A stretch of DNA of 64,000 bases, from the NCBI RefSeq assembly GCF_036321535.1, contig NC_087436.1, positions 74,960,001 to 75,024,000 of the forward strand, given 5' to 3'. Source of the stretch: Camelus dromedarius. Its lineage: Eukaryota. This document shows positions 1 to 11,868 of this stretch, piece by piece (position 1 is the stretch's first letter; each line of letters starts with the position of its first letter). A model generated the notes under the pieces. It had not been told where the DNA came from and made no database searches. It was given only the letters and a program-made list of their open reading frames with translations. The position numbers and the translations under genes were made by a program.

Positions 1-122
1 GTCTCCTGTGACTCCCCTTTGCCTGGGAAAGCAATAAAGCTGCTCTCTTCAAATTCTCCCAGAACTCTGCCTCTGAGTCTCAATTTGGACATCGGGGTAC
101 AGAGGCCAGTTTTTTGGCAACA
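1..122 (+). mobile_element. 3' end (R/U5) of an ERV1-type LTR, cut by the window edge
   Basis: AATAAA at about 33, followed by U5-like sequence ending ...ttttggcaaCA, directly abutting an antisense L1. Confidence 0.65.
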
Positions 123-1030
123 CTAACCAACATACTATTCCATTGTATCGATATACCACAATTTGTGTATTCATTCACTAGTTGATGGGCATTTAAGTTG
201 TTTCCCATTTTGGTCTACTGTGAATAAAACTCCTATAAACATTCACACACAAGTCTTTATGGAAACATGATTTTGTTTCTCTTGAGTAAATACCTAGAAG
301 TGAGATTGCTGGGCCACGTGATATATGTATATTTAACTACATTAAGAAGCTAGCTGCTAAACTATTTTGAGAAGTGGCTGTAGTATTTTGCATGCCCACC
401 AGCAATATATGAGAATCCCAGTTGCTTCACATCTTTAGCAGCACTTGGTATTGCTAGTCTTTTAAACTTTAGACATTTCAGTTGTATAATCTCTTGTGAT
501 CTTAATTTGTATTAATTAATTAAAATGGCTAATGGTGTTGAGCAGTTTTTAATGGGTTTGAGATCCATACATCTACATTTGAAATTTACCATACATGAAA
601 GCCTTTCTCCACTGAGTCACATTGGCAAAATTATCAAAAAGAAATTGACCATTTAAGTGTGGGTCTACTTCTGGCTTCCTATTCTGGTTTATTGATTTAT
701 ATGTCTATCCTCATGCCAATACCATATGGTCTTAATTAGTGTAGCTTAATAGTAAGTCTTAAAACTCAGTAGCACGAGTCTTCCAATTTTGTTCTTTTTC
801 AAAATTATTTTGTACTCAAGTTCTTTGCTTTTCCATATAAATTTTAGAATCACTGTCAATTTCTATGCCCCTTAAAATGATTTTGATTGGAATTGTGCTG
901 AATTTAGAGGTCAGTTTGGGGATAAATGGCATCTTGATAATCCTAAGTCTTTCAGTTATGAACACAGTATATCTCTCCATTTATATAAGACTTCTGTAAT
1001 TTCTCTCACAATGTTTTATAGCCCACATTC
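123..1030 (-). mobile_element. Old LINE-1 (L1M-type) ORF2 3' fragment
   Basis: Typical antisense L1 text (tattccattgtat...gttgatgggcatttaagttgtttcc; ttttgattggaattgtgctgaatttagag), heavily decayed. Confidence 0.85.
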
Positions 1031-1239
1031 AGATCTTGCTTTCCCCCTAAAACAAACCATGAGCTGCAGCCTTTGAAGGACATTCATCTGTAGGAGCAAG
1101 ACAAACAGGTACATTTCCTAGCTATCATTCATATCATTTGGGAATTGGTCAAATGTGGATTCTAGCCTAACTTTAATGGGACAATATTGCTCTTTTTCAC
1201 AGAAAAATAGTGAGTCACTTAAGGTGATTACACAGGACA

Positions 1240-1540
1240 CACTCAAATTCTCTCCACCAGATCTGCAAGTCTAGTCAAATCTCCTTCCATCTTTGTCAAT
1301 TCCTTTTTGCTACATTAGAGTAGGTACCTCTCCTTCTTATTCCTCCAAGGGCAATCCCTCTACCTGTGTTTTAAACCTTATCCTTTCTCACTATCTCAGG
1401 AACCACACACTATTAACCATCCTTTGTTTTGTTCTCCACTACAGTCAACCACTTCCTCCCAATTAGTTCTATCTTCATATCATTTAAATATATTTTAGTC
1501 ATTCTCATCTCAAAAACAAAAACAAAAAAAAGCCTCTTCC
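1240..1540 (+). mobile_element. LINE-2 fragment (upstream part of the L2 that resumes at about 3290)
   Basis: Pyrimidine-rich L2-like motifs (tccaagggcaatccctctacctgtg; catttaaatatattttagtcattctcatctcaaaaa). Confidence 0.5.
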
Positions 1541-2957
1541 TATTAACATTGTTAAAATGGTCATGCTACCCAAAGCAATCTACAGATTTAATGCAATCCG
1601 TATCAAATTATCCAGGACATTTTTCACAGAACTAGAATAAATAACCCTAAAATTTATGTGGACCCACAAAAGACCCAGAATTGCCAAAGCAATCCTGAAG
1701 AAAAAGACCAAAGCTGGAGGCATAACCCTTCCAGACTTCAGACAATACCACAAAGCCACAGTAATCGAAACAGCATGGTAATAGAACAAAAACAGACATA
1801 TGGATCAATGGAACAGAATAGAAAGCTCAGATATAAACCCAGACACCTATGGTCAATTAATCTTTGACAAAGGAGGCAAGATTATACAATGGAGAAAAGA
1901 CAGTCTCTTCAGCAAGTGGTGTTGGGAAAACTGGACAGCCACATGTAAATCAATGAAGTTAGAACACTCCCTCACACCATACACAAAAATGAACTTAAAA
2001 TGGCTTAAAGTCTTAAATATAAGACATGACACCATAGAACTCCTAGGAGAGAATATACGCAAAACATTCTCTGACGTAAATTGCAGCAATGTTTTCTTAG
2101 ATCAGTCTCCTAAGGCAAAAGAAATAAAAACAAAAATAAACAAACAGGGCCTAATCAAATTTAGAAGTTTTTGTACAGTAAAGAAAACCATCAAGAAAAT
2201 GAAACGACAATCTATGGACTGGGAGAAAATATTTGCAAAAAAATGCAACTGACCAGGGCTTAATTTCCAAAGTACACAAACAGCTCATACAACTTAACAT
2301 CAAAAATACAAACAACCCAATCAAAAAAATGGGCAGAAGATCTAAACAGACATTTCTCCAAAAAAGACATACATATGGCCAACAGGCACAAGGAAAGACG
2401 CTCAACATGGCTAATTACTAGAAAAATGCAAATCAAAACTACAATGAGGTATCACCTCACACCAGGCAGAATGGCTATAATCAAAAAGTTTACAATGAGT
2501 GTGTATATGTCCATGAATGACTGAAAAATTGTGCTGAACACTGGAAATTGACACAACATTATAAAATGATTATAAATCAATAAAAAATATTAAAAAAAAA
2601 AGTTTACAAATAATAAGAGCTAGAGAGGGTGTGGAGAAAAGGGAACCTTCCTACACTATTGGTGTAGAATGTAAATTGATGTAGCCATTATGGAGAACAG
2701 TATGGAGATTCCTTAAAAAAACTAAAAATAGACTTACCATATGATCCAGTAAACCCATTCCTGGGAATACATCTGGAGAAAACTCTAATTCAAAAAGATA
2801 TCTGCCCCCCATGTTCATAGCAGCACTATTTACAGTAGTCAAGACATGGAAGCAACCTAAGTGTCTACCAACAGATGATTGGATAAAGAATATGTGCTAT
2901 AGATACATATACATACATACATACATACATACATACAATGGAATACTATTCAGCCAT
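1541..2957 (+). mobile_element. LINE-1 ORF2 C-terminal fragment, 5' truncated and lacking its 3' UTR
   Basis: ORFs 1800-2252 (DQWNRIES...YGQLIFDKG...SLFSKWCWENW) and 2811-3008 ([18 protein letters not shown]) are L1 ORF2p; frameshifted. Confidence 0.97.
2496..2596 (+). mobile_element. About 100 bp young L1 3' end nested in the older L1
   Basis: 13-bp direct repeat aaaaagtttacaa at 2483-2495 and 2597-2609; AATAAA and A-tail; similar to the L1 3' end at 48740-48852. Confidence 0.9.
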
Positions 2958-3243
2958 GTGTCTCTTATCTTGGGGGGATCAGATGGTATTCAGGGCATAT
3001 TCTCATAGCTGTGGAAGATGTAGAAATGAGCAGAAACATGTTACGCCTTTTATGGTCTAGGCCTGGAATTACCAACTTGTTATTTCCACTCGCATTTTTT
3101 GGCCAAAGCAAGTTATATGGCCATGCCCATTATCAGTGTGGCAGGAAGTTTATTTCACTTCTAGTGGAACTGCAAAAACACACAGTAAAGGGCATGGGTA
3201 TAGAAAGGGGTCAATAATTGGGAATGATAATAGATCTGCCACA
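2958..3243 (-). mobile_element. MaLR LTR fragment (MLT1-type)
   Basis: ttggccaaagcaagttatatggcc motif; terminus ...atctgccaca reads TGTGG on the minus strand. Confidence 0.75.
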
Positions 3244-3289
3244 GTTGCCAAGTATAACGGTCAGCGTTTTATGTTCATTTTATGACACT

Positions 3290-4310
3290 CAATAGTATTT
3301 TCCAGGAAAGGAGGATGAACGCACAGTCTCTCCCCTTGGCAACCAGAATGGCACGTTTCTCCTGGATTTCCTTCTACATTTCTGGCTACTCTTTTATTTT
3401 CAGGCTCACTTCTCTCTCTCGGGCCACTCGACAGTAGAAAAAGCAAACTTGTTCTTCTTTTATCATCATATACCTTCTCCCCAAGAAATATTATCTAAGA
3501 CCACAGTTTTCATTGCCATGTAGACACTGATGACTCCCAACTTTTTACCCCTAGTTCTACTCTGAACTCCATTCTGTTCCACCCAAATGACTCTGCTATA
3601 TCTCCATTTGGAATTTTGCAAAGGTGCCTCAAACTCAGTGTCAAGGACCAAAATTCATAATCGAATCCCAGTCTGGTCCAATTCCAGCATTACCTACCTC
3701 AGTGAAGTCTCCACAACCTAGCTAATTGTGCAAGATGGAAAACTAGGACTCATTTCAAAGTTTATTTTTTATTACCACCAGCTCCATATCTAGTCCATAA
3801 CAAAACTCTGCTGACCCATTTGTCTAAATATCCCCCAATCTGTCCATACTCTCCATCTTTACTGCCACCCTATGCCAAGATGCCATCAGTTCTTACCTCA
3901 CCTAATGAAATAGCTTAAAGCTGTCTGTCTCCCCCATCCCTTCTGAAATCCTTCCATAATGTAGCTAAGGTGATCCTTCCAAATGCAAATCAGATGATGT
4001 CACTTCTGTTTCATTTCCAAGCTCAAGGGTCACTTCCTCAGGAAAGCCTTCCATGTCTCTCCAGCCTAGGTCAGACCTCTTTGTGATATGCTCTCATGTA
4101 ACTGCTTCTCTTCCTGAGAGCATTTCCCTCAGTCACTAGCTATACACTTGTTAGTGTGACCATGTAACAAATACCTTATCTCTCCATTAGGCTTTAAACT
4201 CCATGAGGTCAAGAACTATACTTGGCTTTGCTCATCCTTGTATCCTTAGCATCAATTATGGTCCAGCACACAGTAGGATTTCAACAAATATTTGTTGACT
4301 AAATATATAA
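3290..4310 (+). mobile_element. LINE-2 3' portion
   Basis: ctcctggatttccttctac, gatgactcccaa and cacttcctcaggaaagccttcc motifs; tail caacaaatatttgttgactaaat. Confidence 0.85.
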
Positions 4311-4839
4311 AGGAAGGAGGGAATGTCTTGTAACTTTCTCATTTAAGATACTGTAAGAAAGAATTTTTCACATGTTTGTCCTATTCATTTAACTAGATTG
4401 CAATCCTTTTGGAGACAGTGAGTCAGACTTTTCTGTATCTCCCACACAGCATCCCAGCTATTCAGTAGGCAGCTCTAGTGCAAAATGAAGAACATCTTAT
4501 ACAGCATGCAGTTTGGAATATTTAGGAAGGTTTTTTTTTTTTTTTTCTTTTACCACATTGCCTAGAATACATGACTAGGAGAAAGTAGGACCTAACCACA
4601 TATTTTTACCATTGTGCACCTGAACATGCTGGCAGATTTGAATCAATTGATTATTGTCATCAAAAGTTAATACAGTTGTATAATATTAGAATCTTCAAGA
4701 TAAATTCCACTAGAAGTATGTCATGACATTAGGGTACTAGTATATATCACTGGAAACAGCAAAATCAATAATGAATCCATTCTCACAATGCGTTTAAGAT
4801 GACTAGCATTTCTTTAATTCTTACATGCTATATCATTTA

Positions 4840-5165
4840 GAGTTCCACTAGGAGACAGCACACTCAGCTGGGACTTTGAAGAGAAGGCAAAGAAGGCACT
4901 ATTTCAGAGGTGTGGGCGGGTTAAAGGAACCAACAAGGAATGTTGAGGCACCCAAGGCCTAGTAGCCATGCCTACCGAGGCATGATGGAGAAGGAGAAGG
5001 AAATTGTGTCATGGAAGGTTATTTGGAGAGCTGCAGCTCAGAAGCTAGGTTGCCTGACAGGAGCCATGGCCATTGAGGGATCAACCACAACCGGACCTGA
5101 GTGTGAACAGGGAGTGGAGGAAATAAATTCTTCTACCTCTATTTCCTCTCACCCTCCAATCTTCC
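4840..5165 (-). mobile_element. Old ERVL-type LTR fragment (LTR33-like)
   Basis: actatttcagaggtgtgggcgggttaaaggaaccaacaagg resembles the remembered LTR33-group consensus. Confidence 0.5.
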
Positions 5166-5419
5166 TTTCTCCTCCCTCCCCCAAGGAAAAGGAAGTGTTT
5201 TATTTATTTCCAACAAAAAGATTTGCAACATAATTCTCTTTTTTTCAAAACAAAGAACCCTACAAAACACAATCTCTACTTGTATTTACCCAGGGACATT
5301 AGCAGCTGGGAAGGAGGTTGGGATGGGGAGATAAGCCAAAGCTAATTCTATTTTTAAAAGCAAGGAACTTCCTTTACATAGGAGCTCTCTATCCCCTCAT
5401 TGACCCAACCCACCCAGAC

Positions 5420-5530
5420 GGGGTCAGATGAGGAAACTAAAGTTCAGAAAGGTTAAGGAATTTGCCCAGAGTCATACAGCTTATGAATGTCGGTTCTGGT
5501 ATTTGAATCCCAGCATGCAGACTCCAAATA
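5420..5530 (-). mobile_element. MIR SINE
   Basis: Core cagatgaggaaactaaagttcagaaaggttaagg...gtcatacagc. Confidence 0.8.
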
Positions 5531-6301
5531 CCATAATCTCATTGTTTTATATGTCCGATGAAGGACAGTCTCAATTATAGCTCATTCCAATCAAAGTAAT
5601 GAAGACTGCACATGTGTATTTTTATAATATGTTACACTATTGAAAAAAAAAATTGCTCATTCCTAGGGTAGACAATCAATTTGATTTGCAAGCCTTTTTT
5701 TTTTTTTTTTTTTTTTTTTCTCATCTGGATGACAGCCTCTCCATTTGAAACCTCAGGGTCAAATAAATAAATATCATATTATATTCCTAATTTTAGCGGG
5801 GTTAGAAGCTCCAGGAAATATCCCTGATGCAGTCCTTTCTCCCTGTTAAGAAGATAATGGGACTAACATCTTTTTCCCTCCAAGGAGGAAGACAGAGAGC
5901 GGTGAGGACCCAAACAGTGCTTCCTTGGCCTGATTCTGCTGATCTCTGGGCAGGGTTCCTAGCAGGGACTCCAGCTCTGTCTGACACATTCTCTGGCTTG
6001 GAGGCCCTTCTGTTTCTCATTCACTCCTGAACAACTGCCCTCTCCATCAATCCAGAGGCCAACCTAGGACCCTCTGATGACCTCACAGGGTTCTGCAGCT
6101 TTCAAGGACGTTCTTCAGCACCCCCAAGTGGCTGGCCTGAAAAATACAATGTTGAAGACTGAAGCAGTGAGGGAGGTGGTGTTAATGCTGGGCACAAATT
6201 CCCTACTTCCTTCTCCACTCAGAGTGAGACCTCTGAAAGTGTCTCCCAGAGACCCCATGACTCCCTTATGTCAGTGCCCAAACTCAGGACTCTAGAGTCT
6301 T

Positions 6302-6432
6302 GCCTCTCAAAGCAGGGTCCCTCAAATAGCAACACTGGCATCATTTGAGAGCATGTTAGAAATGCAGGCTCTGAATCAGAATCTGCATTTTAACAAGATT
6401 CCCAGATGATTTCTATGCAACACTGAGAAGCT
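6302..6432. mobile_element. MER5A-like hAT-Charlie MITE
   Basis: tgttagaaatgcag...gaatcagaatctgcattttaacaagattcccagatgatt. Confidence 0.8.
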
Positions 6433-7277
6433 CTTTCTTTTCTATTCCTCACTGTATTCTTACTGCAAAAAGGCAGCATATAATAAAATCCAAGGGGTAA
6501 GACATAATTCCCCCAAGCTAGGTCTGCAACCAGGCTAAGAAGAACGCTAAGAAGTGGAAGTTTGAGGATCTTGGATCAAAATTTGGTTCTGCTAGTGATT
6601 AACTGAAATATAATTAAATTCTCTGAGTCTCACTGTCCTAAGTTTTCAGATGAAAATAATATCTACCCCTTAGAGAACTAAGAATAAAATCAGGTCAGCT
6701 ACATGTAAGTTGGGGTCATTTCTGTGCTTTATAAATTCCAGGAAGTTGGGATTATTCTTCCATTTCTAATGTTATTCCACTGACCTAGAAATGATCACAT
6801 TCAACCCTCTGAATTTAAGCCACCGTCCTCTACTGGCATCCAGTGGTGAGTGGTATAATGTGGCAACATCAACCTCGCCAAATACGAAAATTCGGTAAAC
6901 CCAGGAAGATGGAGCCTAAAACCAGCATGTGACTCATCATGTAACCTCCAAAAGAGGGACCAAAGAGAGAAATGGAAGAAATGTGGTTACAAGCCCAGTG
7001 TCTTCCAAGATCTGCAGCAGGTTCAGACTTACTGTTCTGAGCAAGAAAATAAATTCTAGTTCATTATCAGCTGCCAGGTGCCAAGCTAAAGAAATGTGTA
7101 CTCAGTTTTCTTTTACACATCATCTCAAATTAGATGTGAAATAATCACGGAGAGTTCAGTCAAGCAGAGACCCATGAGTCAGTAACAAAATTAACATTTC
7201 AAAAGTACTTTATAACAAATGGAAGATAAGTTCACTGAGATTCCTTGCCTGAATCATGGGCCCCAATCTTTCCACCT

Positions 7278-7450
7278 GTTTTCTTTAATTGAAGTAAAAT
7301 TGACATACAATACTATATTATATTTTATTATATTCATTTTGGGTGTACAAGGAAATGATTTGACATTTATATATACTGTGAAATGAACACCACAATAGGT
7401 CTAGTTACCATCTGTCACCACACAAAGTCAATACAATACTATTGACTATA
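7278..7450 (-). mobile_element. L1 3' end fragment
   Basis: tttaattgaagtaaaattgacatacaat...gggtgtacaa is an antisense L1 3' terminus. Confidence 0.8.
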
Positions 7451-10400
7451 GCCGCCATCCATTTGCTTTATTTGCTTTATTTGCATTTTCTGCCTCCCAC
7501 TTCCTTAAATTAAAAATGAGGATAGGCAAAGAAAGGCACACTGATTCTCATTTCAAAAAAGAGCTATTCCACTTATTAGATATCCATTACCTCTGGATGG
7601 AATTCCATAGATATTCCATTTCACCGTGGTTGACATCCCTGGTAGACAATCATGATGCCCACAAAGACAGAGATTTGTTATTTTGCCTGACATCTAGTTT
7701 TGGAAATTGTACCATGTTTTATTATTACTTGTAACTTGTAGACTCTCTGCCCAAGAGCAACTTCAAAGAATGCCATGTTGGGTATATTCAGCACTCATTT
7801 TTTTAAATTAAAGCATCTCCTCACAGTCTCCCACCTAAGATAACCACATATGCAGATACACTTTCACTATAGTCAGTGAGAATCTGAAAATCTCAACTGC
7901 AATAAGGGCACATACTGAGGTTACCAGGATTCACTCTGCCACAATTATTCCAAACTGGGTTCAAGTCTTTTTTCTACTTGTTAAAAGTAACAGTTTAGAA
8001 AACTTCCTTTCTCTACCCTCTTTTTCTTATCCAATTATACCTGTAGGATTAATGAAAGGGAATTTTTTTTTCCCTAAGTACTTCTTAGAGAGACTCTTGA
8101 ATGTGTGATCTGGCAATTCCTTGGAGGAACCCCCCTGACGGCTTGGTGAGGCAAGTAGTCATGTATCTACCTCCAGGTGTGCTGCTGTCATGTGCAAGGC
8201 AGGTAGGGGGTTCCACTTTCTATGAATGTCATGATTCCTGGAAACTCTGGCCAGTTCTAAACCCTATTGACTGGAAGGGGCTTTGAAGGTCCCTCTATGT
8301 CTCTTTTGTCACAATGAGAAGAACTAGGAAGGTGATTTTTTTCTAGCAAAAGCTAAAATTCCAAGGAAAATTAAAATTGAGGAAGTCTCCTCTTTTTTGG
8401 CCCCCTGCCTTGTCCATGTGCTCCAGCTCTGCACTCTCAAGTTCCTCAGAGCAGAACTGGAACCTCGGTGCTGGCCCATGACTAATAAGACCATCCAACC
8501 AGTTCAAAGTGAAAAGCTTGTAAAACTTGGGTTTCCCCAAGGCCAAAATCCGAGGTTGGTTTTTGGCAGTGCTAATATCAACATATATTAATAACAAAAA
8601 TGCTGCTTTGTGTCCTGCGAACTTGGAATTTTGACATCTAGCATTTATGCTCACAGTCAACCTGTGAAGTTGGTGGTGGAGTGCGGCATCTTACCCAGGG
8701 CAAGAGGACAACTGGGCTGTTAAGCCTACTCTGTACCTGCCTGACTCACAAACGTAGCTTTTTCTTTTTCTAAGTCCTTACCTTGCTTCATGCCATCCCA
8801 GGTTGTGGGCAGAATCTTGGAAGCAACTTTTCTACTCTTTGCTTTGTCAGTTTTCTAGTACTGACAAGACAGGAACAATTTCTTCAGGATCCCACTTCAT
8901 CCTGCCTATTTTTGAGACAGAAATACTGAAAGGAAGCGAACCCAGGAGAAACAAGTGTGTCACTCCCTAGCCACATACACTGGAAAAGTTTTCTTTTTTA
9001 ACTGAAAAAGAAATCAGTTGATCTCTGAGTCTGAGTTTCCTCACCTCTGTAAATAAGAAGAGCGATTTAGACAACTGCTAAGGCATCTTCTAGTCCTAAA
9101 GTTCGCACTGCTCACCACATCCTTCCCCCTCTAATACTGCTCACCCCTGTAAATTTTGGCACTACGAGCCATTCAAATTCAACTCGAGTGCCTTTTTTGA
9201 CCCCTCTCTCTCCCTAACTTTCCTCTTTAAATCATTTACCAAGAGCAATTATCCCCACTTCCTTAACATTTCTGGGATCCAGCCACTTTCCACCACTGCA
9301 TTTGGACATGTGAATGAGCTCTCCATATTTGGGAAAGTGACTTTACAAGCCAGGAAGGTTTAGAATTACAGTTAGAGATGATGGAATAAATCAAACTCAT
9401 GTATTTATAAAGTATAAAAGAATTTGGCTCAGGGAAACATGACTTCAATTTGAAGTGTAACTATTTTAAGTCTATGATTTTAAGCTGAAAAGTTTATTTA
9501 ATATTAATTTTAAACATATTAGAATATTTAAGAAAACTTGATGTGAAAAAATTCATAATTTTACATATTTAATTAGCAAGATTTTTGTAGGTAATCAGGG
9601 AGACCTGTTAAGGTTGTGATTTTTGTCTTGTCAAGTATTTGAAATACTGAGAAAAAATGGAATATACTACATTAAGATATTTATTCTAAAACTTAAAAGG
9701 AATTTATTCAACCAAGTTGATAAATGAGCCTGATTGTTTAAGGTGAATTTTGTTTGTTGGACTAAGGTTAAACATTAAAAATCAAGTAAAAGTGATTAAG
9801 ATTTATAAAAATGTTAGACTAAGATTTATAGGTTAAACTTGATAAATATGTAAATTTGAAAATCTGAACTTTAAAACTGAACATTAATTTTAAACCCAAG
9901 CAACTATTAATAGTCCTTTCTGTTCTCAAAAGTCCCCTCAGACATTAACTTCACTGACAATAGTAAGAAAGAGTTCTTCTATCACAAACCTGCTAATGTA
10001 CAGGGATCTCACCTGGAACACCTTGATATGTATCTTGCCTCTCAATTAAATGCAGGAGTGCAAAATCAAATCAAGTTCTGGAGCATTTGCCAATAGAAAT
10101 ACTTTGGTTCCAGTACAACTTTTGTTGATTCATGAAGAGAAAAGTCACATGGCCTCTCCTGTGGTCCCACTGAACTGCTGTGCTCCAAACAAATTTCAAA
10201 AATGGAAAAATGTCTTGCAACTTGATTTTCTCCAAACTATGATCTAGACTTTGCTAAAAACTTGTGATTTGCTCTGTATAAACCTCTAGGCCCCTTCTTT
10301 TATCTGGCTGGGGTGTGTTACTGGTCGGGTGACAGTCCCTAAAGTACAGCTATTACAGATCAACAAAGTCTGCAATACAAACTAGGCTAACCTATAAGAA

Positions 10401-11132
10401 GATGTTGGCCAGGTCTCTGAGCAGCATAAAGAGACTTCTCTGTATGCACTTTGCGGACATCTCCACTCTCGCCATCGATTTTTACTGTCCTTCCCAGTGA
10501 ATTTGCTCGGTTACTTTGCACTCAAAATAAATACAGCGAGAATTGAACAAAGGCACGTCTACTCTACAGGTTCCCTTTTTCTTCACCCTAGGAAACTCTG
10601 GAAGCAATACTGCCTGCTACACTGTGACTCATAGCTGAGCACAACCTTACAGAGCGGGGAGAGTTTGTGGGGAGAATTCCAGAGCCAAGTCTTCACAGTG
10701 TCCTGTAACGACGTGCTGAACAGAGTGGGAACAAACAAGCATGAGTCTACAGAGGTACGTAGAAATCCACAATGAGGACCAATCTGGTTCCTTCCCCCCT
10801 CACACAACCTGGCTCCACAGCCCATCAGATGTACCTGTGGTCTCTATGGTGCTTTCCTTTGTAGGAGGTAGAAAGTGAAAAGACTCAAGCATTATTCTCC
10901 TGTGGTATCTCAACAGAAACACCACTGGCACTTTGATTCCTGGGCTGAGCGTGTCCCGCATACTGGGGGATGCTTCTCATCTCTAGCCCCTGCCAGTAAA
11001 TACCACTAGTCGTTGTTAATCTGTGGGAGCATGCTTCTTTGCCGCCAGCATCCCACCCACAGGGCCAGCTTCCTCCCCCTCAGCCCCAAGAACCACTGAC
11101 CTCAGTAGAACAGAAAAAACTTCCTACCGTGC

Positions 11133-11364
11133 TTTTTTTTTTCTTTCAGTTGAAGTATAATCGATTTAACAATGTTGTGTTAGTCTCTAAGTGTTCTTAC
11201 TTACAAAACAGACACAGACTCACAGGCATAGAAAACAAACTTATGGTTATGGGGGTGGGGAGAAGGTGGGGAGGGGTAAATTGGGAGTTTGGGATTTGCA
11301 GATATTAACTACTATATATAAAACAGATAAACAAGGTCCTACCGTATAGCACAGGGAACTATAT
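11133..11364 (-). mobile_element. Short L1 3' insertion with an inverted 5' segment (twin priming)
   Basis: Poly-T plus antisense L1 terminus at 11133-11190, fused to sense L1 3' UTR at about 11195-11364; degenerate TSD ctaccgtgcttttt / ctactgttttttt. Confidence 0.8.
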
Positions 11365-11754
11365 CTACTGTTTTTTTAGCCCTCTGAACTCTGTAGGGGC
11401 CCAGCTCTTTGCCATGTCTCTGCTTTAACCAAACGAGTGGCCTTGTAAACACATGGAGCAGCAACACTCATCTGTGCACATTCCCTACCCCAACCTTCTG
11501 CCGCTAGTCAGAGAGCCCAGGAGCGAGGAGAGGTGGGAGCTTATGTTGCGATGTGAGCTTGAGCAGGAAAGGAGATGGTAGAACATTCGAGTTGGAAGGT
11601 ATCTTAGTAATCATCTAGCCAAACACCCTCACTTTAGAGATGAGAAGGTGAGGTTGTGGAGCATTACCTGTAATATATTCTCCAAATGTTATTTATTACT
11701 GTGATTTTCTACTTCAAGATCTATCTTAAAACTGCCTAGCCTTACGGGAGGATG

Positions 11755-11868
11755 TTTTCATTCAGAGGTTCTCCAGAAGCTGACCCTGATCCAAAGATTT
11801 GGGTGAAAGTTCTTCATTCTAGAGATGATCTAGGCAGCGTAGTGAGGGTTGGGGAAGTGATAGAGGGT
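11755..11868 (-). mobile_element. Antisense LTR16-like LTR, left part (host of the provirus)
   Basis: ggttctccagaagctgaccctgatccaaagatttgggtg resembles the antisense 3' end of ERVL LTR16-group LTRs; appears to resume at 16582. Confidence 0.55.

Noticed and set aside
10388..10475. ATG-initiated minus-strand frame (MARVEMSAKCIQ...) as a first exon
   Set aside because: Stops after 27 codons; no CpG island and no recognisable protein.
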